Of a stretch of DNA of 64,000 nucleotides, positions 20,520 through 30,342 are shown piece by piece. The translations under genes and the position numbers were made by a program. How positions within the stretch are numbered: the first letter of the stretch is position 1; each line of letters opens with the position of its first letter. The stretch is taken from assembly GCA_963804165.1 (NCBI GenBank), contig CAWDPO010000017.1, positions 1 through 64,000 on the forward strand, given 5' to 3'. This DNA comes from an uncultured delta proteobacterium (GTDB taxonomy: Bacteria; Desulfobacterota; Binatia; UBA9968). Under the pieces are notes generated by a model that ran no database searches, was not told the DNA's origin, and was given only the letters and a program-made list of their open reading frames with translations.

Positions 20520-22558
20520 GTGTGTCCAGATGAAATGCTGTCGTGATCCATAGGGTGACTCTCATCGAAGTGAGAGGTGAGGGAAGTCCCGCGGCGGTAA
20601 AAGCCACAAGCCGCCTAGCTTAAGTAGCAGCATTAAGAGCAATCGAGATGCTGAAGCCTACCGACAAAGTCAGCGCAAGGCTGATGAGCGAGTGACCGGG
20701 TTGCAACGTGAGTGAACGCTGAGCAAGCCTCGTCAAGGCCAAGAACCGGGGGGTCGAGCCAATCAATACTTGGCGAAGACAGTATGAGCCATCTCAAAGT
20801 GGCTTATGGGATGGATCACACCGGCGGGGTATTGGCGGCGACACGGTAACAGGGACACGATGGAAACTGGAGAAGTCCTGCTTGCCTCAGGAGAAATTCC
20901 TGGAGAAGGATCGGCCCTATAACTGCGGACACAGGAAAAGGACCGAAGGCAAACAGGATGGCGGATTGGCCCGTAGTAGTGAGGAAGTCCGGTAATGCGG
21001 ATGGAGCGAAGGGGCCATGCTGAGTTTGATTCTTTCGACCGCAAGGTGAGGCAGGGAAGGGATGATAAAACCTTTCGTTGATCTGCAAGAACTGAGGCGA
21101 AGGATATACCGTAAGGCGAAAGCCGAGAAGACGTGGCGGTTTTGGGGTCTCTATGTCCAGGTCACAAGGGCAGAGACCCTAAGAGTGGCGTATCAAGAGG
21201 CCAAGGCCAATGACGGAGCACCTGGTCTCGATGGAATGAGCTTTGAAGACATCGAAGCTCAAGGAGTGGAGAAGTTTCTAGCCGCGATTCGACAGGAGCT
21301 TCTCACTGGGACCTACCAACCTAGCAAGAACCGACGGGTAGAGATTCCCAAGGGGAACGGCAAGACCCGCAAGCTTGGAATTCCCACCATCAAGGATCGC
21401 GTCATTCAGGGGGCTGTAAAGCTTATCCTGGAACCGATCTTTGAGGCCGACTTTCACATAAGTTCATTTGCCTACCGGCCTCGGCGTACGGCGCATCAGG
21501 CATTGGACCGAGTTGTACATGGGCTGGTGCAAGGACTGACTCAAGTCATCGATGTAGATCTGAAGGGTTACTTCGACAATATCCGACATCATCTTTTACT
21601 TCGGAAGCTGGCCCTGAGAATAGAGGACCCAGCGATCCTGCACTTGGTCAAGCAGATTCTGAAGGCCAACGGCAAGCGAGGAGTACCTCAAGGGGGAGTG
21701 CTCTCACCGCTACTGGCTAATCTGTATCTGAATGACTTGGACAAGGCGATGGAAGAGGAGATGGTTAAGCGCAGGAGAGAAGGGAAGTGGGAGCGGGTGA
21801 TTTACACTCGTTATGCCGACGACATGATCGTCTTGGTGGACGGGTATCCGCAGTGGCAGCCGCACGTAGCAGTTATCAAGAGGCGGCTGGAAGAAGAGCT
21901 GAAGAAGGTCGACGTTGAAGTCAACGACGAGAAGACGCGGGTCGTGGATTACGCAAGTGGCGGGAGTTTTGGGTTTTTGGGATTTGATCTCAGAGAGGGC
22001 CGCAATCGCTTCGGTAAGCAATTCGTTCTGCGTACGCCGATGAGAAAGAAGCAGAGCGACCTGGTTAAGCGTGTCGGGAGAATTTTGAAATTTTCCCGGC
22101 ATCGGAAGCTCAGGGATGTGCTGGATCAGATCCGGCCTGTGATTGTGGGCTGGATCAATTACTTTCGAGTGGGCAACGCGCGCCGAGCGTTTGGCTGGAT
22201 ACGCTTTGAAATGATGAGGAAGATACGCCGATTTGCGATGAAGCAGAAAGGCCGCCGTGGCTGTGGCTGGAAGAGATGGAGTAACGAGGCGATCTACAAA
22301 GAGTGGGGATTGGTCAACGATTATCGTGTCCAGTACTTCTACCGGTCTCCCGTGAAAGTTTCTCCGGCACACTAGGCAGATGACGCCTTAAGATGAACAG
22401 GCTCAGGAAAGCCGGATGACCGAAAGGGTCACGTCCGGTTTGATGCGGCGGGGGCTGGAAACGGATTTACGGTGGGGCTAGTGAGGCACCGTCAAACGAA
22501 AGAGACGGCGAACGGATAGGCTTCACCTTCGAGACACCGCGCCAGTCCTCGACCCTAC
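20520..22558 (+). mobile_element. Group II intron with RT/maturase ORF (no endonuclease domain)
   Basis: 5' GTGTG at 20520; candidate EBS1 hairpin gccaa-tcaatac-ttggc (20758-20774); domain V aaagccggatgaccgaaagggtcacgtccggttt (22408-22441); long DVI ending ...gaccctAC at 22558. Confidence 0.9.
21062..22375 (+). CDS. ltrA: Group II intron reverse transcriptase/maturase
   Basis: GAPGLDG, RKLGIPTIKDRVIQ, DLKGYFDNI, GVPQGGVLSPLLANLYL, RYADD, FLGF, GWINYF; 437 aa, no HNH. Confidence 0.95.
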   Translation: MIKPFVDLQELRRRIYRKAKAEKTWRFWGLYVQVTRAETLRVAYQEAKANDGAPGLDGMSFEDIEAQGVEKFLAAIRQELLTGTYQPSKNRRVEIPKGNGKTRKLGIPTIKDRVIQGAVKLILEPIFEADFHISSFAYRPRRTAHQALDRVVHGLVQGLTQVIDVDLKGYFDNIRHHLLLRKLALRIEDPAILHLVKQILKANGKRGVPQGGVLSPLLANLYLNDLDKAMEEEMVKRRREGKWERVIYTRYADDMIVLVDGYPQWQPHVAVIKRRLEEELKKVDVEVNDEKTRVVDYASGGSFGFLGFDLREGRNRFGKQFVLRTPMRKKQSDLVKRVGRILKFSRHRKLRDVLDQIRPVIVGWINYFRVGNARRAFGWIRFEMMRKIRRFAMKQKGRRGCGWKRWSNEAIYKEWGLVNDYRVQYFYRSPVKVSPAH

Positions 22559-22645
22559 ACCTATTTTTGACCGCCATTGAACCCCCGCTCTCAAGACGGC
22601 TGCGATTGGTTAAATTGAATACACGGATACAAAGATATATTAAAC

Positions 22646-23970
22646 CACAAGCGTCCGGGTATTAATGGAACAAATTTAGTTGATTAGGTGAAAGTGTTTG
22701 GATGTCCTCGGTGACGATTTTGTTAAGTAGCTGATCTAAAGGGATTCGTTCAAACATGGTTAGGCTCAAGATCTGTAATATTTCATACAAGCTGGCGGAA
22801 ATGTTGAGTCGTTTTTTGACGATGGCGACGAGCACGTAAACCGAGACGGCGATCCAGATTTGAGTTTTGACCGCGTTCTCGGAGGTGCCGAAGAAGACTT
22901 TGATACGAAGATGCTGCTTGATCCATTTGAAAAACAATTCGACTTGCCAACGGCAACGATAAAGCTCGGTGATAGTGAATGCTGGCAAGGTGAAATTGTT
23001 GGTGAGGAACACCAAGCCCTTGCCGGTTGCCGGGTCCTTGAATCGGACACGACGCAGCGGCGTGTCGAAGTCTTGTTTGGAGTAAAAGCCGGTGAGTACG
23101 ATGGTCTGATCGCAAATCAATCCGGTGCTTCGATCGACGGGATGGGAATAACGGCGCTGGGCTTTGAGGTTGGACTTGGCACGGGTCACAAAGAAGCTTT
23201 TCGCCTCGTGCAGTTGATAAAGCCGATCGAAGTCGATGTAGCCTCGGTCCATGATGTAGAAAGCACCGGGCTCGGGCAGCAGCAAGTCCAGGACGTTGAC
23301 GTCGTGCAGTTTGCCGTCGCTGATGTGGAGAAACGAAGGGATATTGCCACGCAAATCCAAGAGCGTGTGCAACTTGATGGCTGCCTTGGTCGAGCGAAAC
23401 GGCGCCCACGGAAAGACCGACAGGCACAGGTCGATCGTACTGGCATCCAAAGCATAGACCGTGTCTTTCAAATCGATACCAAACGGTTCTGTGGTATAAA
23501 GACGGCGGGCGATGGCAATGAGCGACTGGGCAAAGTCGGCGTAGATGCGCCAGTCGCGACTCTCGTTGGCATCGGCCAGAGTACTGCGGGACACCCGGCT
23601 CTTGATGCCCATGTGATAGAGCTTGCGCTGTTGCGCGCGCAGGCACGCTTCGATGTCGCGCAAGCTTTCTCGATAAGTCAGTTGAGCAAAAGCCATACAG
23701 AGGTATTGGTCGAGACAAGAAAAACTTTTGACCTTGTACGTACCGCCATAGCGCGCCACGCAACGGCCAAACGTCGTGCGCGGCAAGTGCTCGGTGACTT
23801 GCGTGAACACCAGTTTGCCCAAATTCATCCAGACCTCCTGCGAGACAGTTCCTCGCAGGGTCGCAAATCGACGGCAAGTGTTTCAAATCGAGACCAAACA
23901 TACTCAGGAGTTATTTAAATCAAATCCTACAGTTAACGCTCTGCCACTACTGAACGTCCGGACGACAATG
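22646..23970 (-). mobile_element. IS4-family insertion sequence with 9-bp target duplication
   Basis: Ends cacaagcgtccgg / revcomp cattgtcgtccgg; direct repeat atattaaac at 22637-22645 and 23971-23979. Confidence 0.88.
22662..23828 (-). CDS. IS4-family DDE transposase (DUF4372-like N-terminus)
   Basis: QLTYRESLRDIE, DASTIDL, MDRGY, YRCRWQVELFFKWIKQHL. Confidence 0.95.
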   Translation of the reverse strand: MNLGKLVFTQVTEHLPRTTFGRCVARYGGTYKVKSFSCLDQYLCMAFAQLTYRESLRDIEACLRAQQRKLYHMGIKSRVSRSTLADANESRDWRIYADFAQSLIAIARRLYTTEPFGIDLKDTVYALDASTIDLCLSVFPWAPFRSTKAAIKLHTLLDLRGNIPSFLHISDGKLHDVNVLDLLLPEPGAFYIMDRGYIDFDRLYQLHEAKSFFVTRAKSNLKAQRRYSHPVDRSTGLICDQTIVLTGFYSKQDFDTPLRRVRFKDPATGKGLVFLTNNFTLPAFTITELYRCRWQVELFFKWIKQHLRIKVFFGTSENAVKTQIWIAVSVYVLVAIVKKRLNISASLYEILQILSLTMFERIPLDQLLNKIVTEDIQTLSPNQLNLFH

Positions 23971-23984
23971 ATATTAAACCAATA

Positions 23985-24779
23985 ATGACGGCCGAAGTTA
24001 GAAGTGGACAGCTCACCGCGGATTTTGGAAAAACCGCCGGTGACTACGGAAAACATCGCGCCGGTTTTCCATCGGAGTTGTTCGATCGCCTTGCGGCGAT
24101 GGGCATCCTACATGCCGGCACGCGCACGCTTGATTTGGGGACAGGAACAGGGACAATCGCCCGCAGCCTCGCGCAGCGCGGATGCGAATCGGTCGGTCTA
24201 GATCGGTCGGCGCCGTTGATGGAGGAAGCTCGGCGCATCGATCGTGAGGCGGGCGTCACGGTTCGCTACATCGAAGCAGCAGCCGAAGACACGGGTTTTC
24301 CCGAAGCGAGCTTCGACCTTGTCATCGCCGGACAGTGTTGGCATTGGTTCGATCGACCGCGCGCGGCAAGCGAAGCGCGTCGCATCGTGAAACCTGGCGG
24401 GCATCTTGTGATCGCGCAATTTGATTGGATTCCGCTGCCTGCCAATGTCGCTGATCTGACGGAAAAGCTGATCGAGAAACATAATCCGAAGTGGAAACTC
24501 GGCGGCAGTGTCGGGATTCACCCGCGATGGCTTGCCGACATGGCATTGGCGGGATTCCGTCGCCTGGAAACATTCTCTTTCGATCTCGACGTACCCTACT
24601 CGCACGAGGCGTGGCGCGGGCGCATTCGCGCCAGTGCCGGTGTCGGTGCGAGCCTCTCGCCGGAAGGCGTCGCAGCGTTCGATCGCGAACTACAGGCGCT
24701 GCTCGCCGAGAAATTTCCTCAAGAGCCGCTTGCGGTGCTGCATCGCGTCTTCGCCGCGATCGGAAGGGCCCCAGAATGA
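23985..24779 (+). CDS. Class I SAM-dependent methyltransferase
   Basis: LDLGTGTG, FDLVIAGQCWHWF, KPGG. Confidence 0.9.
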   Translation: MTAEVRSGQLTADFGKTAGDYGKHRAGFPSELFDRLAAMGILHAGTRTLDLGTGTGTIARSLAQRGCESVGLDRSAPLMEEARRIDREAGVTVRYIEAAAEDTGFPEASFDLVIAGQCWHWFDRPRAASEARRIVKPGGHLVIAQFDWIPLPANVADLTEKLIEKHNPKWKLGGSVGIHPRWLADMALAGFRRLETFSFDLDVPYSHEAWRGRIRASAGVGASLSPEGVAAFDRELQALLAEKFPQEPLAVLHRVFAAIGRAPE

Positions 24780-24793
24780 ATCCACGGATTCCA

Positions 24794-24824
24794 AATGAAC
24801 AATGGAGAATGGATAATTGATAAC
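24794..24824. repeat. Degenerate heptamer tandem repeat
   Basis: aatgaac-aatggag-aatggat-aattgat. Confidence 0.45.
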
Positions 24825-24960
24825 GAACAAGTCAAGATGGCGCACGACGAGAATCCGGCGACGACACGAAACAGAAAATGGTAGGGAAAGCGCTGCAAAT
24901 TCACGCGGCGGAGATGATGCTCGCCGATCGCGAAAGACATCCGAGCCGAAGATCCTCGAC

Positions 24961-25489
24961 TCAAAGCATGGGTCCATAATAATATTTCCAAAATTCGGGG
25001 TCGTCCGATCGCCAGGCAGGTCCGAAACCCTTTTCGAAGAATTTTTCCAACCTGCGTGAATAGCCGCTTCCAGGTCGACTGTCCCTTCTCGACCGCGTCT
25101 AAAACATCATCGATGTGCTCGGCGAGATTGGCGAGCTCTTCTTTCGGCAGATAGGATAATGCGCCGTTGACAATCGATGCTTTCAAGGTTTGTGGATTCA
25201 TCGCATGGGCAGTGAGCATCACGGTCGGAATACGTTGGTTCACCGTTTGGGTCAGTAAAGCCATGCCGTCCACGCCCATAATATCGAGAATCGCCAGATC
25301 GTATTTCACATTGGCCGGTGTCCTCGATTCACCGGGGCTTAATCGTTCCGTAGCCTCTTCGTAGCTTCTGGCGCAGTCTACGGTGGCGCCGTCGAGCACA
25401 TCGACAATCGTCTCTAAAATGTCCGGCTCGTCATCCACGGCCAAGATCCGAAGCCCCTGGATGCGTGTACTGGGGGTATTTTCCGCCAT
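24961..25489 (-). CDS. Response regulator receiver protein, frameshifted in an A5 run near 25045
   Basis: ILAVDDE, LDIMG, MLTAH, YLPK; removing one A restores GKFFEKGFGPAWRSDDPEFWKYYYGPML* (stop 24961). Confidence 0.8.
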
Positions 25490-25652
25490 CTGTTTTTCTC
25501 CTTCCCTTACGATCAGCCGACGAATAACGAACTCAGCAGAATCGGGTCAAACAAACGAGCCCTTGTTTAAATCTTTTCATCCCGGCTTGCAACCTCGGGT
25601 GAGCTATTACGTTACTGACCGACAGCAACCGGCAACTCATGACAAGCGACCG

Positions 25653-26456
25653 TTAGCTCCATTGGATCTTGCCCCGTTCACCGGGAATTCTAAATCGAAA
25701 TGTCGCACCCTGACCTGGTACGCTCTCAAGAGAAATATCGCCACCGAGCCGGCGTGCCAGGATCAGAGCCCCCGCCAATCCCAGGCCGTGGCCTTTTCGC
25801 TCGAAACCCTCAAGGATGGGCAGCTGTTTGTAACGCTCAAAAACAGCCGCATGGTGCTCGGGTGGAATACCCGGACCGTCATCCTGCACCGAAATGATCA
25901 GGTCACCACCTTCTCGGTCCACAGCAATCTCCAGCGATCGTCGGCGAAAATGCAATGCATTCTGGATCAAATTACCGACGATCAAAGCGAATTTGACCGG
26001 ATCCTGAAAAATTCGCACCCGATTGATCGCCGGAGGTATTTTTATCGTGACTCCGGCTTGCGCAAGCACGGCCTGCTGAGCCTCGCCTGCGGTCGCTTCG
26101 CTCAGACGAGCGGCGAGTTGAGCATCGCTGCTTTCGACAGATTCGATCAACACTTTGAGCACAGCCTCGCCGACATCAAAAGAGGCGAACGAAAACTGCG
26201 CCGATTCGGCCCGTCCGATTTCCAACAGTTGATTGACCAGAGTCTTGCCGCGCAGGGTCCCACGAAGAATGCGCCTTACCGCTTTTTCTTGCCGCTCGGT
26301 GAGCGGCCCCATCCGGCCGGCTTGTTCGATCAGAGTACGGGCTGCCGCCTCGATCAATGAGAGCGGCGCTTTCAGCTCGTGTACCAAAAGTTGTGTGTCC
26401 AGCGCGCGAAAGAAATCGTCCGAATCGGCGGGCGCTGGCGCGGGTTTTTCAGCCAT
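25653..26456 (-). CDS. Histidine kinase (HisKA + HATPase only)
   Basis: LVHELKAPL, NLIQNA, QDDGPGI, GHGLGL, GATF. Confidence 0.9.
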   Translation of the reverse strand: MAEKPAPAPADSDDFFRALDTQLLVHELKAPLSLIEAAARTLIEQAGRMGPLTERQEKAVRRILRGTLRGKTLVNQLLEIGRAESAQFSFASFDVGEAVLKVLIESVESSDAQLAARLSEATAGEAQQAVLAQAGVTIKIPPAINRVRIFQDPVKFALIVGNLIQNALHFRRRSLEIAVDREGGDLIISVQDDGPGIPPEHHAAVFERYKQLPILEGFERKGHGLGLAGALILARRLGGDISLESVPGQGATFRFRIPGERGKIQWS

Positions 26457-26476
26457 AACTGCTCCGTGGTTTCGTC

Positions 26477-27886
26477 CTAACGGTCACGCGGCCTCAACAA
26501 GGCCGGTGGAAATTCGAGCGAAAATACGCTGCCGGCGCCGACCTTACTGGCGAAAGAAAGCTTGAAACCATAACGCTCCGAAAAAAGCTTGAGTCGTTGC
26601 AGGTCGAGACCCTTGCCGCCGGCGCCGAAGTCGTAGGGTCGGCCCGACGAATAACGATCGGTGGTGCCCGCATGGACGAAGCCATGGAATAGATGTTCTT
26701 GTAGTTCCGTGTCAATCCCGACGCCGGTGTCGCGAATATCGAGCTTCACGTTCCCGCTCACTTCGCGTAACGCGAGGCTGATGGTTCCACCGTCGGGCGT
26801 GGCTTCGATCGCGTTGCGCAACAAGCCGCGAAAAGATTTGAAGAGCAATGGCTCGGGAAGAACCACCGCCGGAACTGCGTCAAGTTGCTGTTCCAATACG
26901 ATTAGACGATGTTTGAAATCGGGGCGCAAGGCTTCCACTGCCTGCGGAATCCAGACATCCATCACCAACGTCTCGGGCTTCTGATTGGCATCCTGAGCAT
27001 ATATTTCAGCGATCTTCTGCGCCAGCCGTTCCTGCAACCGAGCCGGCGCGTTTTGCTCGTCGACGATGCTCTCGAGCAGGTCCTGGCAGCGCCGCAACCA
27101 ATCCGTCAGCATGATTTCGTCGGTGAATGGTCTTTGTGCGGCAATGTCACAAGCCTCCAGCTGAAGCTCCACCAGTCTGCCGATGGCTCGCTGCAGTCGT
27201 TCGGCGATAAGGTGAGTTCGCTGCGGGTCCTGTGCGGCGGCCAATTTTTGCAGTAATACGCAAGAGCCGGATATAACGGCCAGGGGTGTTTTCAACTCGT
27301 GCGAAAGGTGATCGATCATTTTGGTTTTTGCGTTGTTTTGACTTTCCAGAACTCGGTCCTTTTCGATATAGGCTTCGATAAGTTGAGCGCGCTCGAGGGC
27401 AACCGAGATATGGGCATTGAGCCCTTCGAGTAGAGATTCGTCTTCTTGATCAAATCCTGTGCGACTCTTTTTGTTAAGAACCTGAATGACGCCGATCAGT
27501 TCTTGACGACTGCCGCCTAGCGGCATGCACAGAACCGAGCGGGTCCGAAAACCCGTTTGCTGATCAAAATCCTGGTTAAACCGCGGATCGGCATAAGCAT
27601 CGGCTACGTTTGCGACAGTCCGCCTTCGAGCCACGTCGCCGGCAATACCCACGCCGGCTCGAAAACGAATCTCCCCGATCTCGAGTTGGTCGGCCGTCTT
27701 GCTCCACAACTCATCGCGGGCTTGGTCGTAGAGAAACAGCGTGGCACGTTCGGCATCGAGCACCTCGGCAGTTTTGCCGATGATCGTACTCAAGAGATCA
27801 TCAAGTCGCAGCTGGTTGGCGAGCGCCTTGGCTACGTCCAGCAGAATAGCCAATTTACGCGTCTGACTCGAAGTCTCCGGCTTCAT
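26477..27886 (-). CDS. GAF-domain histidine kinase
   Basis: GAF (GIAGDV, DPRFNQDFDQQTGFRTRSVLC, NKK); SHELKTPL; NAIEAT, DTGVGI, GKGLDL. Confidence 0.92.
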   Translation of the reverse strand: MKPETSSQTRKLAILLDVAKALANQLRLDDLLSTIIGKTAEVLDAERATLFLYDQARDELWSKTADQLEIGEIRFRAGVGIAGDVARRRTVANVADAYADPRFNQDFDQQTGFRTRSVLCMPLGGSRQELIGVIQVLNKKSRTGFDQEDESLLEGLNAHISVALERAQLIEAYIEKDRVLESQNNAKTKMIDHLSHELKTPLAVISGSCVLLQKLAAAQDPQRTHLIAERLQRAIGRLVELQLEACDIAAQRPFTDEIMLTDWLRRCQDLLESIVDEQNAPARLQERLAQKIAEIYAQDANQKPETLVMDVWIPQAVEALRPDFKHRLIVLEQQLDAVPAVVLPEPLLFKSFRGLLRNAIEATPDGGTISLALREVSGNVKLDIRDTGVGIDTELQEHLFHGFVHAGTTDRYSSGRPYDFGAGGKGLDLQRLKLFSERYGFKLSFASKVGAGSVFSLEFPPALLRPRDR

Positions 27887-28036
27887 AACTATTTGTTACA
27901 GCCTGGTCTCACTGCAAGGAGCGGGAGGCCGGACCAAGCTGCAAGCTCAGAATTTTCGTTCCAAAATCTAGTGTTTTCGGAGCTTAGCCGCTCATTTTTA
28001 CCGGCAAAATTGGACCTGTGACCTTCACTCCATCAA

Positions 28037-28098
28037 TTTTAGATTTTCGATTTTGAATTTTAGATTCCGACCGAATCCACCCTCAAATCCCCAATCCA
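28037..28098. repeat. Heptamer-based imperfect inverted repeat
   Basis: attttag-attttcg-attttga-attttag-att ... aatccac..aaatccccaatcc. Confidence 0.5.
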
Positions 28099-28488
28099 CT
28101 TCGCGATGTGCCGCCTTGAATCCGAGTTCGCGCTTCACCTTCTGGGGTAATCAATAGTATATACAACTTTCTGGCTCGCTACCCCTGCACATCGTCAACA
28201 ACCATGGCTGGAGATCCGCCTGTAAAAAAGCTTGAGACCGCCTGATCAGAGGCGCTGAGTCTAATTTACTTTTTGAAAAAAGAAAATCTGCCGGATGCCA
28301 TGAAGACACGAAATGAAAAAGTTAAAGGTTCTCGCTTCTGACCCGTTTTATCGGAAGTCCTCCTCTCCTCAATAATTTTGGACAGAAGCGTACAGCCGGC
28401 CTGAGGCCTGGCCTGTGAAAGGCGTTTCACCCTCCATGCAGCCGGATTTCTCCGGTTACTGAAGCTTAACGACCCCAGTCGGCGTAGT

Positions 28489-29226
28489 ATGGATTCATTC
28501 ATGTCCGTCGCGAATCTGATCTTACTTGCGGGCGGCGCTTTTGTGGCGTCTCTGTTGGCGGCAGTGGCGGGTTTCGGCGGCTCGGCCGTCTTGTTGCCAC
28601 TCCTCGTCGCCACCTTCGGCGTGCGTGAGGCGATTCCAATTCTCACTGTGGCACAGTTGTTGGGCAACTTAAGTCGCGCATGGTTCAATCAAAGAGAGCT
28701 CGACCTGTCCGTCGTCGGTTGGTTCGCTCTGACCGGCGTGCCCGCCGCGCTTCTCGGCGGTTTCCTTTTTGCATCGGCGCCGCTTCCGTTGCTTACGCGC
28801 CTCCTGGGAATTTTTCTAATCAGTGTGGTGGTCTACCGCCGTGCCGGCGGAGGAAGCGCGATGCGACTGCCGCTGCGCGCATTTGCAATCGTGGGGGCCG
28901 TGTTTAGTTTTCTCTCCGCCCTCTTGGGAAGTGTTGGACCGATCATGATTCCGTTCTTCCTGGCGTATGGGCTTGTCAAAGGCTCTCTCATCGGCACCGA
29001 GGCGCTCGCAACCGTCGTCATGCACGTCACCAAACTGGTCGCCTATGGAAGCACCGCGATCCTGACGAGCCATAGCGTCACCGTCGGGCTGGGGCTCGGA
29101 TTGATCATGATTTTCGGCTCTTTGATCGGAAAAAGGATTTTGGATCGGCTGCCCGAGAGAATATTCATCTTTCTTATCGAGGCGACGCTTTTAATCGCCG
29201 GATTAAGATTCCTGGTCTATGGATAG
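28489..29226 (+). CDS. Sulfite exporter TauE/SafE family membrane protein
   Basis: AGFGGSAVLLP, about 8 TM segments, LIGTEA, GKRILDRLPE. Confidence 0.85.
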   Translation: MDSFMSVANLILLAGGAFVASLLAAVAGFGGSAVLLPLLVATFGVREAIPILTVAQLLGNLSRAWFNQRELDLSVVGWFALTGVPAALLGGFLFASAPLPLLTRLLGIFLISVVVYRRAGGGSAMRLPLRAFAIVGAVFSFLSALLGSVGPIMIPFFLAYGLVKGSLIGTEALATVVMHVTKLVAYGSTAILTSHSVTVGLGLGLIMIFGSLIGKRILDRLPERIFIFLIEATLLIAGLRFLVYG

Positions 29227-29322
29227 TCGCCGGCTTTTGGGGTGAGACCTTGATTGACAAGCTTCGCACAGCGCCCCATGCGCGCCTTCATCGAGGCATG
29301 CCGCTGAAAGAACAGGACGCGG

Positions 29323-30315
29323 TCAGCGATCCAGTTGCACTCTTCGGCGCGCGACTCTAAGCGCATCGGGGTTGACGACGTGGCTGGGTTTGCCGCGAAA
29401 ATAATGCAGAATGTTCTCCACCGACATGGCCGAGGCGCGGCGAAACGTTTCCCTGGTTTGCCAAGCCATATGCGGCGTCAGAACGGTGCGCGGCGCGGCG
29501 AGCATGGGATCGGTCATCGAGACAGGCAAAGGATCGCACAAATCCATCGCGGCTCCGGCCAATCGACCTGCCTTGAGGGCGTCGGCGAGATCTTGGCGAT
29601 TGACGACGCCGGCGCGCGAAATATCGACCAGCAGAGCGGTCGGTTTCATGAGGGCCAAGCGCGCCGCGTTGACGAAATTATCCGATAGCGCGCTGTAGCG
29701 CAGGTGGACGGACAGAATATCGGAACTCTTGAAGAGCTCTTTTTCGCTGACGAATCGAGCATGCGCCGTGGCGGCGCGCTCGGCCGTCAGGGTGGGTCCC
29801 CACGCGATCAAATTCACATCGAAAGCCGCCATCCGCTCAGCCACGGCGCTGCCGATGCGGCCCAAGCCTAAAATTCCGAAGTTACTTCCGGCGAGATTGA
29901 ACGACGTAACCGGCTCCCAGCTCCGCCGACGCAACGCGCTGTCCGCGGCGAGGATATGACGCGTTAAGGCCAGCACCAGCGCGCAAACGTGATCGGCCAC
30001 CGCAGGGGTCGAGATCGAGGGAGTATTCGCCACCACGATTCCCAATCGGGTCGCCGCTTCGATGTCGATGCGATGCGGGCCCGTTGAAGCGATCAGCTCC
30101 AGATCGGGCAACTGGCTTAAAGTCTCTTCGTCCAGGGCAGCTCTGCCGCGAAATTCTAAAACCGCGCGGGTGCCGTGTAGCCGGCGGACGAGGACTTCCC
30201 GCGGCGGATCCAACTCGTTGAATATTTCGATCGAGCCGAGAGCTTCTAACTTGCTCAACGCACCGCTTTTTTCGATCTCGCCTTCGAGATCACCGCACAC
30301 GACGATATCGGCCAT
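29323..30315 (-). CDS. D-isomer-specific 2-hydroxyacid dehydrogenase family
   Basis: GLGRIG, SDILSVH, MKPTALLVDISRA, LTPHMAW. Confidence 0.88.
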   Translation of the reverse strand: MADIVVCGDLEGEIEKSGALSKLEALGSIEIFNELDPPREVLVRRLHGTRAVLEFRGRAALDEETLSQLPDLELIASTGPHRIDIEAATRLGIVVANTPSISTPAVADHVCALVLALTRHILAADSALRRRSWEPVTSFNLAGSNFGILGLGRIGSAVAERMAAFDVNLIAWGPTLTAERAATAHARFVSEKELFKSSDILSVHLRYSALSDNFVNAARLALMKPTALLVDISRAGVVNRQDLADALKAGRLAGAAMDLCDPLPVSMTDPMLAAPRTVLTPHMAWQTRETFRRASAMSVENILHYFRGKPSHVVNPDALRVARRRVQLDR

Positions 30316-30342
30316 GTCATTTCTTATATTGGTTTGGTCGAA

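Noticed and set aside
21062-22375. RT as a retron, DGR or defence RT
   Set aside because: Group II intron RT motifs, maturase domain and flanking DV/DVI RNA structure identify a group II intron
22783-23918. Long alternative ORFs 22783..23901 (-) and 22860..23918 (+)
   Set aside because: They overlap the IS4 transposase in other frames or antisense; no recognisable motifs
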